Made by a program: the position numbers and the translations under genes. From Lama glama (Eukaryota), in NCBI GenBank assembly GCA_028534125.1, contig CM052817.1:70620001-70684000 (forward strand): a stretch of 64,000 nucleotides of DNA, in the 5' to 3' direction. Positions 36,301 through 48,199 of this stretch are shown here, in pieces. The first letter of the stretch is position 1. Every line of letters begins with the position of its first letter. The notes under the pieces were generated by a model. It made no database searches and was not told the DNA's origin. It saw only the letters and a list, made by a program, of their open reading frames with translations.

Positions 36301-39300
36301 TAATTAACTTCTAAGAAATGAAACTCAAAGCTTCCTGACTCCCTCCAAAGCTGCTTTAGAATAGCATGTGAAGTAGGACGGTGCCACTGACGTCTTTCTC
36401 CTACAAAGCCAGTCCTGTTTGCCACTTGTGATTTACAGGCTCTGTCTGCTACAAGGAACTGCTGGACACATTAGTGCAGGTATGCTTATGAAAGGATGCT
36501 GCTGTCTGGCACTAAATGACTTTCCAGAGACCCGTATCATTTAGACCTACAGGAACTGTTCTCCCAGAGCATGATTTGTCAATGCATAAGCCATTATTCC
36601 ACTCATTCTAAAGGGATGAATCAAAAATCCAGTCTTGCATTCTAGTGCCTTCTGCAAATCCTGATGTACCATTAAAAATCTACTGTTTCATACTTTCTTC
36701 ATTCCTATTTGGTTAATCCACCTCATTAACATTTTGTTGCAACTATAATTCTGCATTTGGGAGTGATAGAAAAAGAATGGTGGTAATTGTGTTGGATTCT
36801 GTTGGCATAAATTGCATAGAAATTGCTGTATTTCCTATTAGCAGTATGCTCATTATTTATAGATATTACCAACTATAGGATGTTGGATTTTTGGGGGCAT
36901 TTCAAATACAGATTTTAATATATTCACTTAAAGGCTTATTTCCTCTTTCTTATATAAAATCACCAACCCCACATCTGTCTTTCCCTCCACATTTTATTAT
37001 ATGTTTCAGTTGCAGGCAAAAATACAAATCATAGCTCCACATCATATGGATTAATAAACCTAACTGAATTCATGCGTAAACTATCTTGTTTAAGTACAAG
37101 ACAAGAGAATAAAATTATCTGTATAACTTTGTGTTTGAGAAAAGATCATTATTCTACTAAGGAATTATTTATTTAGAAAATATTTCACAGATAATAGCAC
37201 TTGCAAAATTAAAACAAAGAAATATAAATGGAATAATATTAAATATATATATATATACCATTTAAAAAAAAGTATATATATATATCTTACCTAAAATCTT
37301 TCATTCCACTCATTTTCAAGAAAAATATGAAGTGGTGTATATTAGCCTGAAAAGACTACAAGGTATATATCCAGATACATAAATCACACACAAAAAAGTG
37401 AAATAAGTAAAAACAACAGTGTAATTGAAATGAGCAATAAGTACAAAACTGTGGACAAATGAAATCTTTCCCTTATTTCATAAAATATAATGAGTAGCTA
37501 TTTTTAACATGAAGGTCAGTCCATTAAAAAGATTAAAAGGAAATCCAGCCACTATTTAAACTAGCTGGCATCATTCTCCAGAATTCTTTGTCAGAGGATA
37601 TGGTTGGGGTTGGATCTTGGTTTTATTTTAATATATCTATGGTCATTAAAAGAATTTTCAGTTGAGGGCTCAAATCTCAGGCTTCTGCCTATTGTGTGTT
37701 TTTCTTTTTTAAATATAAAGGTTTTGTGAAATGTTCACTCTAACTTCCAAATATTTTGTATAAAAGCTTATCCTGCTGGATTACTATATGTGTAGATTCC
37801 CTTATATAATACTTTACATTAGACAAACATGTCAAGATTTAAAGTGATGTAAAATAGGTAGAGTCACTTCCTCAACTTTTTGTAATATCTTTTTCTTTTC
37901 CTTAATGGGTTCAGCTATACAAGCAATAATTGAGATATAATTTGCAACACTGAATTCCAAGGGAAGTATTGTCTACACATCAATGGTTGTTTGCAAAAAT
38001 AAACTATTTTTAAAATTAACCCACATTAGGACAAATTTACAAATGCTCCTGGCTCTTAGTGGTTTGAAGTATGACAGAACACTCGAAAGAGAACGTTGAT
38101 TATAAACTATAACAAGAACGTTTGCAAATTCTAACGAGCTTGCTGTTTCCATGCCAACTTCTGCTGAATCTGGAAATCATTACAATAATTTTCTCACAAT
38201 TTCTTTCTTTCCATTGTGTTATAGCCATTCCCTTTTCACAGGCAATACATTCAGCACCGAATGAGTAGTGTATTCATTAGGGCTAAAGAGAAAGGCAAGG
38301 GTTAAGTAAATAAGAACATCAAATTAATATCCAGACCTAAATGCTTTAGCAGAGCCAAAGAATCTGTTTAATCATTCAAGTTAACAAAGGTTAAGATAAT
38401 AAAATAAACTTCTAAATGCTTTCCTTTTCTGGAACTTAATCTGTCTTGCCGAAGATGTTTTTAAGATGCTATCAGTTTTGGATAGTCCCAGCTGTTATGA
38501 AAATTTACTTGCATATACTGGAAAGAGAAAAGAATTTTATGAAAGTATTTAAGCAGAGCTCCTGGGTGGCTTACTGAAACTGTGAGAGCTCAGGACTCAT
38601 TTAAAACCAGCTGTTGTCTGATGATGTTGAGACCAATAACCACTAAATCTTTTATCAGGCCTCTGTGTTATTTGGCAAGGTGATGGTAGCCAACTGATTA
38701 GAAGATTAATTTATGGTCAGAAGATAACTTCATGATGTTTGTTCATTTTATTGCCTAAGTTTGATTAACAAATTTACCACAATTTCTGAACAAAATGATA
38801 TTCTAATTTAAAAAGACAGTATTAAACATGAAAATAGCTTTGCTTATTTTTAAGGCTATGTTTTTAAGTCACTAGGATAGAGAAAAGAAATCTGAGCCAT
38901 TAACATCAAAGCCCAGGGCTGTGGTTCATGATGAGGGCAGAGGCCCTTATGAACTAGGCAACAAGTCCTCTTTCATAAAGAAGAGAGTGATCGTAGCAAT
39001 GGGTGCAGATGACAATGGGAAAATCCTGAAAAGTTCTGAGTGGTTTATACTTGACATTTGGGTTCTGTTATGGATCAAGAAATGTACTTCAATCTTTTGC
39101 AATGAGAAGCTCAGAATAAATGTAAAATCAACAAAATACCTTGTAGACCATGTAAATGACAGCATTATGAACAGCAGAAAACAGACTTTATTCATCTGAT
39201 TATCCTAAAGAAAAAAATCACTAATAGCAAATATACCAGGATCTTGATATTTTACACTTTCCAAATTGGTGCCCTTGAGGGGAGACATGAAACTGTATTA

Positions 39301-39574
39301 TAACAAGCTAATCAGGTGTTCTGATGTGCCTTGGACAAGAATCAGCATTGCTCTGTCTCCCTACGCTCCATGTAGAGAGGTTCTAGGGTGTTACTAACCA
39401 GTATTCATCCATTCTTTTGTTTGCTGGAGGGTTGACAGTGCATGAATTGTAAAGACCATGACTTTCATGATTGCAAGGAAAATGATTCACCTATTTTTGT
39501 TTGTGCTCCTCAGACTTTCCAAGCTGATTCACAGAGGCACAGAATCTTAAAGTTGAGAAGGGTCCTAGCAGCTA

Positions 39575-40530
39575 TCTGGAGGCAGCCTGGCATTGTGGAA
39601 AGAGGGCAGCTTGACATTTGTGCTTGAGTCCCAGCATTGTCTTTTGGTAAATGTGTGTGAAAGAACTAGAATAAGTTACTTAACCTGCATGACCTCAATC
39701 CTCATCAGAAAAAAAAAAATTGGTCATATTAAAATGTGTGGTACTATCTCACTTTTGAGTTACTTTTGAGGATGAATGAGGGAGTCCATGGGAAATGTAA
39801 TTTGTAAGTACTGAGGCTCAAATCTTGGCTCTGCCACTAACTGGCTGTTTTTTGGACAAAATATTTAAATTTCTTAAATCTTGGTTTCCTCATCTATTAA
39901 ATGGAAATAATAAAAGTATCTATTTCATAGAGCTATTGAAATAATACACCTCTTCATAGAGTGGCTGGAGTTCATATTTAAGAACTCACAAAGAATTATT
40001 TATTGCTATTATTGATGTTATAAACTGAGCCATGGAAATTTTGGTAACCTCTTGTGTTCCACAGTGAGGTTGATGACTATACTAACTACCTTACTGATAG
40101 GGAAGCAGCATGATCCCCTGGGAGAAGCACAAACCAGAGGCTGAGAGAGCTGGGTTTGAATCCCATTCTACCACTTAACAACTTAGGTGAACTTGGGCAA
40201 GTTACTTTACTCCAGATTCTTCATGTGAAACTTGAGAAGAATAGCTAGTTATGATCTATTGAGGGCTTATCACAGATTTTTCATACATTATTTTATTTAA
40301 TCATTCTCATAACCATAAAGACAGAGAATGACAGAGTTAGAATTTGATCCCTGTCCAGCCTGACCCCAGCCCATGTGGATATAATCATCTCACTCTATTG
40401 CATTCACTTTTCCTATTTTTCTTCCGTAATAATCTACTTTGCTCAACTGTTGTAAGGCTTACAGATGATGTGGGTAACTTACCTAGAAAGATGTTCTGCA
40501 AGTTGTAAGACTCTCAGTAATTAGCAATTA
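39575..40530 (+). mobile_element. Cluster of several MIR fragments
   Basis: ggctcaaatcttggctctgccactaact...ggtttcctcatctattaaatgg; ctgggtttgaatcccattctaccactta...ttgggcaagttactt. Confidence 0.7.
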
Positions 40531-41739
40531 TAATTATTTTGTGAGGTATTGTTTCTCAGTCCAACTTTTGTTCAGCCTAGGAATCCCCCTACAACTCCCT
40601 TACGGCGGGTCTCCAATCTCTGCTTGAATACAGAGTAAAGCCTTAGCCTCAAAATTCTGAAATACGAATCTATGAGGATGAAATGAAGAAAACTGAGCAT
40701 GAACACGGTAACTGACAGCACAGAAAAAGCACCCTCCTGACCATACAGCCAAAAGGCCGAACTGCTGAAGTGCAGTGTTTGATGGCAAAAATGAATTGAA
40801 GATTAATGGCAAATCTGTAACGATGTCTCCCTAAGAATCAAGGACAGAAGTGCAATTCTCATGTCAGGATGCATTCATCTACAGAACTCTAACACTCAGT
40901 GTCTTGTAGAATAAAAGCAAATGATATCTATGGTTGTTATATTATACCTAAAATTGTAGGCTTGAAATTGGTTCAATGTATACTGACAGAAAGCTCATGC
41001 CAAAAAAGTTAGCCGTTTCTTCTGCATTAAATCATATGCCATCAACAATATTCAAAGATAGTCAACTTTCCTATTATTTACATTTTAACTTCTTGCCATC
41101 TGACTTGCACTCTCACGGCTGAACACAATGCATCCCTTAATATCCCAAGACTCCAGAACATCAAATCCAAGAGCTTTTTGTAGGTCCCATCCCTGTGAAT
41201 TTCTTTTTATTAAGAACATTTTGTTGGCCACCCTCACTTTTTTTTCAGTTGATCTGCTTTATTGTTCAAACATGGCAGTGTCCTTTTTTTTACTTTGAAT
41301 GCTCACTCTCTTTTCTGACTCTCCTTTTCATCCTACTCCCTAAATGTGGATATTTCTAAAGTGGTTCTATCTTCACTCTTTCACCCTCCATTCTTCTACT
41401 CTTATGGTTTCAATTCTTACTCTGTGACAGTTCAGCTATGTAACTGTTACCTCCAGGTGTGACACCACCTCAGAATTCTAGTCTCGGGTTTCCAACTGTC
41501 TGCTTCGTTAATCCAATGAAATAATTCATCAAGATCACAAATTCAACTTAACTAAAATTCAACTTATCATTTATCTTTCTAACTCTCTTCTACCAATAAA
41601 TAATCAAGCCAGAAATCTCACCTCTATCTTCTTTTTCGACTTCAGCCCCTACATCCAAATAGTTATAAGACTTGTATTGAATTCTCATCTCAGTATCTTT
41701 TAACTTTACTCCCTGACTGCTTTTCCTTTTGTTTTCTTT

Positions 41740-43542
41740 TTTTATTTAACATTTTTATTGATTTATAATCATTTTACAATGTTGTATCAAATTCCAGTGT
41801 ACAGCACAATTTTTCAGTTATANNNNNNNNNNNNNNNNNNNNNNNNNNNNNNNNNNNNNNNNNNNNNNNNNNNNNNNNNNNNNNNNNNNNNNNNNNNNNN
41901 NNNNNNNNNNNNNNNNNNNNNNNNNNNNNNNNNNNNNNNNNNNNNNNNNNNNNNNNNNNNNNNNNNNNNNNNNNNNNNNNNNNNNNNNNNNNNNNNNNNN
42001 NNNNNNNNNNNNNNNNNNNNNNNNNNNNNNNNNNNNNNNNNNNNNNNNNNNNNNNNNNNNNNNNNNNNNNNNNNNNNNNNNNNNNNNNNNNNNNNNNNNN
42101 NNNNNNNNNNNNNNNNNNNNNNNNNNNNNNNNNNNNNNNNNNNNNNNNNNNNNNNNNNNNNNNNNNNNNNNNNNNNNNNNNNNNNNNNNNNNNNNNNNNN
42201 NNNNNNNNNNNNNNNNNNNNNNNNNNNNNNNNNNNNNNNNNNNNNNNNNNNNNNNNNNNNNNNNNNNNNNNNNNNNNNNNNNNNNNNNNNNNNNNNNNNN
42301 NNNNNNNNNNNNNNNNNNNNNNTTTGCCCATTTTTGGATTGAGTTGTTTGGTTGTTTCTTATTAAGTCATATGAGCTGCTTATATATTCTGGAGATCAAG
42401 CCTTTGTCAGTTTCATTTGCAAAAATTTTCTCCCATTCCACAGGTTGTCTTTTTGTTTTACTTATGGTTTCCTTTGCTGTGCAGAAGCTTGTAAGTTTCA
42501 TTAGGTCCCATCTGTTTATTCTTGCTTTTATTTCTATTGCTTGAGTAGACTGTTCTAGGAGAACATTTTTGAGATGTATGTCAGATAATGCTTTGCCTAT
42601 ATTTTCTTCTAGTAGATTTATTGTATCTTGTCTTATGTTCAAGTCTTTGATCTATTTTGAGTTTATTTTTGTATATGGTATAAGGGAGTGTTCTAGCTTC
42701 ATCACTTTACATGCTGCTGTCCAGTTTTCCCAACACCATTTGCTGAAGAGACTGTCTTTATTCCATTGATTAGTTGACCAAAAGTTTGTGGGTTCATTTC
42801 TGGGCTCTCTATTCTGCTCCATTGGTCTATATGTCTGTTTTGGTACCAATACCATGCTGTCTTGATGACTGTAGCTCTATAGTATTGTCTGAAGTCTGGG
42901 AGAGTTATTCCTCCAGCCTCTTTCTTTCTCTTCAGTAATGCTTTGGCAATTCCAGGTCCTTGATGGTTCCATATAAATTTTATTATGATTTGTTCTAGTT
43001 CTATGAAATATGTCCTGGGTAATTTGATAGGGATTGCATTAAATCTGTAGATTGCCTTGGGTAGTGTGACCATTTTAACAATATTGATTCTTCCAATCCA
43101 AGAGCATGGGATATCTTTCCAGTTTTTAAAGTCTTCCTTAATTTCCTTCATCAATGGTTTATAGTTTTCTGTGTATAATTCTTTCACCTCTTTGGTTAGA
43201 TTTATTCCTAGGTATTTCATTACTTTGGGTGTTATTGTAAAGGGGATTGTTTCTTTACTTTCTTTTTCTGTTGATTCATCGTTAGTGTAAAAAAATGCAA
43301 CTGAGTTTTGAACGTTAATCTTGTAATCTGATACTTTGCTGAATTCTTCGATCAGCTCTAGCAGTTTTTGTGTGGACCTTTTAGGGTTTTCTATATATAG
43401 TAACATGTCGTTGGCATATAGCGACACTTTTACTTCTTCTTTTCCAATTTGAATCCCTTTTATTTCTCTCTCTTGCCTGATTGCTGTGGCTAGGACTTTC
43501 AAGACTATGTTGAATAGGAGTGGTGATAGTGGGCATCCTTGT
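41740..43542 (-). mobile_element. 5'-truncated, relatively young LINE-1 (ORF2 RT C-terminal half plus 3' end), spanning the assembly gap; dead copy
   Basis: ORFs 42702-43640, 42652-42855 and 42367-42642 give L1 ORF2 peptides ([43 protein letters not shown]). T-rich tail at ~41721-41760. Similar tttccttttNttttctttttt flanks at both ends (probable TSD). Confidence 0.95.
41823..42322. other. Assembly gap (500 N)
   Basis: Run of N inside the L1. Confidence 1.
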
Positions 43543-44544
43543 CTTTCCTTTTCTTTTCTTTTTTTAAAAAATGTAATGTGGTCACAACTCCATCCATGGT
43601 CACAGATTTTGGATGTAAATCCAAGAGAGATCAAATTCATCTCTCACCTTCTGCTTCAAGATTTCACTTTTATCGATTTCTCCTCTATTAGTCCCTGTTT
43701 CTCCCTCTTTGCCCAGGTTTTTGCTTGGTATTTGTGGTGAACCCTATTGGTGAGATGATCCAACTTTCCTTCTCAACACCATTGAAAACACAGAGCTTTT
43801 TTCTAATGTTTTGGTGACCCCTTTGGAACTTCTGCTTGGCTCACCAATTTAGTCCCTCTCCACTGCTGAGCTTCTCATTCTGCCACTGAACTTTCTGCTC
43901 AGTATGGCTTGCACCTCCATGATACCTGATGCTCCAGGTTGAGCCAGCCCATCCCCTCTGCTCACCTCTCCACTGAGGACTGGATATTATCCTTATAGCC
44001 CAGACTTTCATGACCTTGTCCAGATGACTGACATAGTTCTCTGGCCTATTTGGTATCCCTGCTTTCAGTCTCTTTGAACTTCTTTCCATATTGGACACTA
44101 TTACCATATAGATTTTCATAAAGAACATTTGGTAATAACACCAAGTAGTCTGGTGGTAGTATACAGCAAATTATATACTAAACAATCTTCAGTTGTTCCT
44201 TATTGTCCACCACACAAGAACTTCAAAATGTTCCATAACTTCAATAAAAAATTTCAGCCATATATGATACAATTTTTCTATATTTAACCCATTTCCTTGG
44301 CAAGTGCAATATTATTGTTCTTCATTTTATCTTTTAAAGATTACCCATTTATCAAATCCTAGCTCAAGTGTTACCTTTTCTACAGTCTCCAGTGATTATT
44401 TAAAATGGAAGTATGTTTACTTATCTAGCATCTCTTAGAGCTATTTACGGCATATAACATACAACCACATAGTCTTCTTATTCAGGCACCCGTGAGATTA
44501 TCAGCTCCTTGAGAGAAATAATAATGAAATAATATTTTATTTTA

Positions 44545-45165
44545 ACATTCAACAAACATTTATTGACTCCTTACTGTTCTAGGTGTTGGAGGCTTGAACA
44601 AGACAAAGTCTTTGCTCTCATGGAGTTAAGTTCTGAGGAGTAGAATGTTTTACAGATAAGAAGCAAGTAAATAAATAAATAAAATAGGATAATCTCAGAT
44701 TTAGATTGGGTTTAGAATAAGGAAATTTTCACCAAGGAGGTATTTAGGATAAAATCTCAATGATAAGAAGAACCCAATCACAAGAAGACTAGAAAAGAAC
44801 AAATGGAAAGTCATCAAGTTGGGAGTGGGCTGTATTTAAAGAACACCTGGGGGACAATGTGGCTGGAGTGCAGTGGGTGGAGGGGAAGACTAGTGTGAGA
44901 TGAGGGAGAGGTAGGCAAGGACCAGATCTTGAAGGTTCTTGGAGACCAAGCAAAGTGGTTTGGATTTCATTCTAAGGTTTAAATCAGAGAGTAATGTAAT
45001 CTGATTTATAGCATAAATGTTCTCTGGCTGCTGTTTAGGAAATGGACTGTACAGGATAAGAGTGGAAGCAAGATGAATTGAGAGACTACTGCAGTGATCA
45101 AGAGCATGGGATATTACTAGGCTGAATTTGGTGGTGGTAGAAGAGAGAAAGAGAAATGAACACAT
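44545..45165 (-). mobile_element. L2 relic
   Basis: cattcaacaaacatttattgactcc...aacaagacaaagtctttgctctcatggagtt. Confidence 0.75.
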
Positions 45166-45228
45166 TTATAGTCTCTGCAGTATTAAGCATGGTATCTGGA
45201 ACATGGTAGATGCTCAATATATATGGAT

Positions 45229-45361
45229 GGGGGAGGGTACAGCTCAGTGGTAGAGTGTGTGCTTAGCATGCACGAGGTCCTAGGTTCAATCCCCAGTACT
45301 TCCATTAAAAATAAATAAATAAAGAAAGAAACCTAATTATGTCCCTCCAATAAAACAAACC
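45229..45361 (+). mobile_element. tRNA-derived camelid SINE (Vic-1-like), long form
   Basis: gggggagggtacagctcagtggtagagtgtgtgcttagcatgcacgaggtcctaggttcaatccccagtac; TSD atatatatggat. Confidence 0.9.
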
Positions 45362-45383
45362 ATATATATATATATATATATAT
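45362..45383. repeat. (AT)11 microsatellite at a SINE 3' end
   Basis: Direct read. Confidence 0.9.
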
Positions 45384-47777
45384 GGATAAATATATGTCCC
45401 AGTGTTTCGAGATAATTTCATCTTTTTAATTTCTATATTATCTTCAAATTTTTCCTCCTTTGATTCACATATTATGGATTAATATATTCCTGTCTGGCAT
45501 TTGGGGATCCAAAAATTCAAAAAGGATCTCACATTCAAGAAAATAGTATAGATCCCATAATGGAAAGTCAGCTAACAAAGAATTGAAATGATTGAAGATC
45601 AAATTGTTAATTATGGAAAGAAATAAATTACTTGGAACAAATAATAAAAAGTGGAATTCAAAATCTATGATAGGGTGAAAATAGACAGGGTATTTAAACA
45701 CAAAGATCTACATTTTAAAAAAGAAAGCCTCTGTCAGCATCAGCTGGAATAGTGTGCCCATGGAGGATGTGGGTAAAGTTAATTTTTATTAAAATTGAAG
45801 AGTTTTCTGGTTCTAACTAACTTACGACTTTTCTGGAAATATAAAATCTTCATTTTCTATCTTGGTATGTGAATTTCCTAATAAGTAGCTAACAATCCTT
45901 ATATTAAAATTCTAAGATCACTGTGATCTGCCTTGTTTTTTAAATTAGGAATCTGAGAAAAGATAGGCAATTTGATAAGTTTTCATTCTCACATTCACAT
46001 GTACTTCCCATGACATTTAAATTTTTATCCATAAAGATTCATCCTGCATTATTAATTCAATCCAAATTCTTTCAATACAAAGAAAAATCCAGAAGAAAAT
46101 GGTATCAATTTTTGTCACTTTCCATCTGAAATGCTAAGTGGCCCCTGAATTGTGTGAAAGTTGGCCCCAGTCAGTGTGAAAACTGGCTGAAATCTATATG
46201 AAAGGCAGTCTGGGTTTGTTAAAGTAGTTCATGAACTTTGGTCAAACTTGCAAAGAACCTGGTCCAAGTCTTAGTTTGTAATGCAACATGAAACCAGGTG
46301 AATTTCACATGGTTTCGGGTTTCATCCTAAAAATTTGGCCTCGCTTTATAATCAATCATCACTTTTTGGAACGATGAAAGCCAACACACCTTTTTGAAAA
46401 TGAGAATTGCATGCATACTGATGACAGCTAAGCTGTGAACCACCCCTTGACTTCCTTTGCCAAAAGAAGATTTCTCAGAATGGAAACAGTTTCCCTCTTA
46501 CCTGGAAAGGGCAAGTTGAGTGATTTTGATATTGCATGTAGAAAGAAATGATACTCAATACATGGAGACATGCCATGTGAAGTAATCACCACATACAGAG
46601 TAAGTGGCTACATTCTAACCATTTAAGGTTATGATCATTCTATTCTATTTGCATCCATGACAGAAATCATAATGTTTAATCTTCTTGACCACTGAGATGA
46701 GCTTTTAACTAGTCATCAGATAGAATAACTACCACAGGAAACAGAATGCTCTGAGGCATAATCATTATTTCTATTTGAAGAAAAGAATAGAAAGGAAAGT
46801 AAATCACAGCATAACTTTCACCTAGTTGAATAAACATGAGGGATAAGACTTTAAACTTTTCAAGTTTGCACTGACTACATCTTTTGCAACAAAACCTCTA
46901 TTACAGTGTAAATGAATTCAGTAATTAACCCCACAGAGTGCATTTTACAAAAAGCCTACACAGGGTCTGTTTTCAACCTGAAAGTTTTCAATGTGCTTTT
47001 CCACTATAAAAAATGACTCTCTTCAACCAAATACTTGCTTTTGTGCATAGTGACATGAGAAAATTGAGAGGTATGTCTGCACGGAGCCACTACATCATTG
47101 GAACAGTATGTCTGAACATTTGGGTAATAAGGCACAGATGTGAAGCAGAGGACTTGGCACTACCAAGGTAATAACAAAGCATTCACCATTGTGTTATAAT
47201 GGTTGAAAGAGCCACAGTTGAGAAGAATAAAAAATGCCCCTCCTCCTTGGAATACTAAATTATATTATACCTTTTATCTGCTTAAAAATCTACAAAGAAT
47301 TAAAAATTCAAAAAAATATTATTCAAACTTGCAATGAAAAATAAAAATATAAAATGCATTAATATTTTTGTCTATAATACAACATACTTATGCAATAGCA
47401 CATAAAGTTTAACTGCAGAAAAATTCAATAGGAGTCCACATGACCTCTATATTACAAAACAGAGAGTACAAATCTGAAGGACCTAACAGCCAATGGAAAG
47501 GTGATTGTTGTTGACTTTTAGTAGTGATTCTGGCCCTTAATGAGTAGGGCTAATTATTGCAGAGTCTCTTGTTTCCAGGTATCAAGTTAAGATAATGCAA
47601 CAAGATATAAACATTAGCTATAATTAAGACTATTTCAGTTATAAGTGGTATTGTATTTTTGTCAGCCATTACTAAACCACATGACAAAACACAGTTGTGA
47701 AGCCAGGGCTATTTTAATGCAATGAGTTTGGAGTTGAAAACTAATTTTCTGCCCAGGACTGGAAGAGTACAACTTAC

Positions 47778-47804
47778 CCGAGGTCCCTGATCACCTTGTT
47801 CTCC
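47778..47804 (-). CDS. COL25A1: COL25A1 27-nt Gly-X-Y exon, GEQGDQGPR (end of COL1)
   Basis: Minus strand reads ccaactctacag|GGA GAA CAA GGT GAT CAG GGA CCT CGG|gtaagt; 143-nt intron from the previous exon. Confidence 0.96.
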
Positions 47805-47947
47805 CTGTAGAGTTGGAAATGAGAAGACAGTTTTAGCACAAAGTCTGTAGGTAATGCTCATTAAAAAGATAAAAATATTACATAGTATAAGTCATGCCAG
47901 TATGGATTTCCACTAACTTAATTTGTTTCTGCTACACATTTTCTTAC

Positions 47948-47974
47948 CTTATCACCTTTTGGACCAGGAGGGCC
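47948..47974 (-). CDS. COL25A1: COL25A1 27-nt Gly-X-Y exon, GPPGPKGDK
   Basis: Minus strand reads ctctttatttcag|GGC CCT CCT GGT CCA AAA GGT GAT AAG|gtaaga. Confidence 0.96.
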
Positions 47975-48199
47975 CTGAAATAAAGAGAAAAAAATTTTTA
48001 ATAAATTGAAAAAAACATTGTAGCTTGAATAGATCAGCCAAGACTGGTCACAAGATTCATACAAAGGACACGGGGTTACAGCTGTCAATGAAGTTTCTCA
48101 AGGAATTTTAGGTTCTAAACTATAATATGGTTACAATGTGAAAATGGTATTATATATGTGTGTGTGTGTATATATATACACACATATATAAACATAAAA

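Larger units (their letters stand above)
41050..44510 (+). mobile_element. L2 relic(s) flanking and hosting the young L1 insertion
   Basis: Pyrimidine-rich L2 text at 41050-41720 and 43570-44510. Confidence 0.5.

Noticed and set aside
36440..36480. Plus-strand 41-nt exon-like unit (gatttacag|...CAG|gtatgc)
   Set aside because: Isolated, with no partner exons or recognisable peptide; cannot support an antisense gene.
38250..38270. REST/NRSE site (ttcagcacc...)
   Set aside because: Only the left half matches; the GGACAG half is absent.
40477..40495. Recursive-site-like ctttctag|gtaagt
   Set aside because: Lies in a MIR tail, has a short pyrimidine tract, and has a competing AG 13 nt upstream.
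41758..42342. 194-aa and 185-aa ORFs
   Set aside because: Artefacts of translating the N gap.
42702..43640. 312-aa reverse transcriptase ORF as a novel RT system or domesticated gene
   Set aside because: Ordinary truncated L1 ORF2 with a mutated catalytic Asp. Its N-terminal ~30 aa is read-through from flanking DNA.
19893..45361. tRNA genes at the five A-box/B-box elements
   Set aside because: They carry A-rich tails, TSDs and divergent stems, so they are SINEs.
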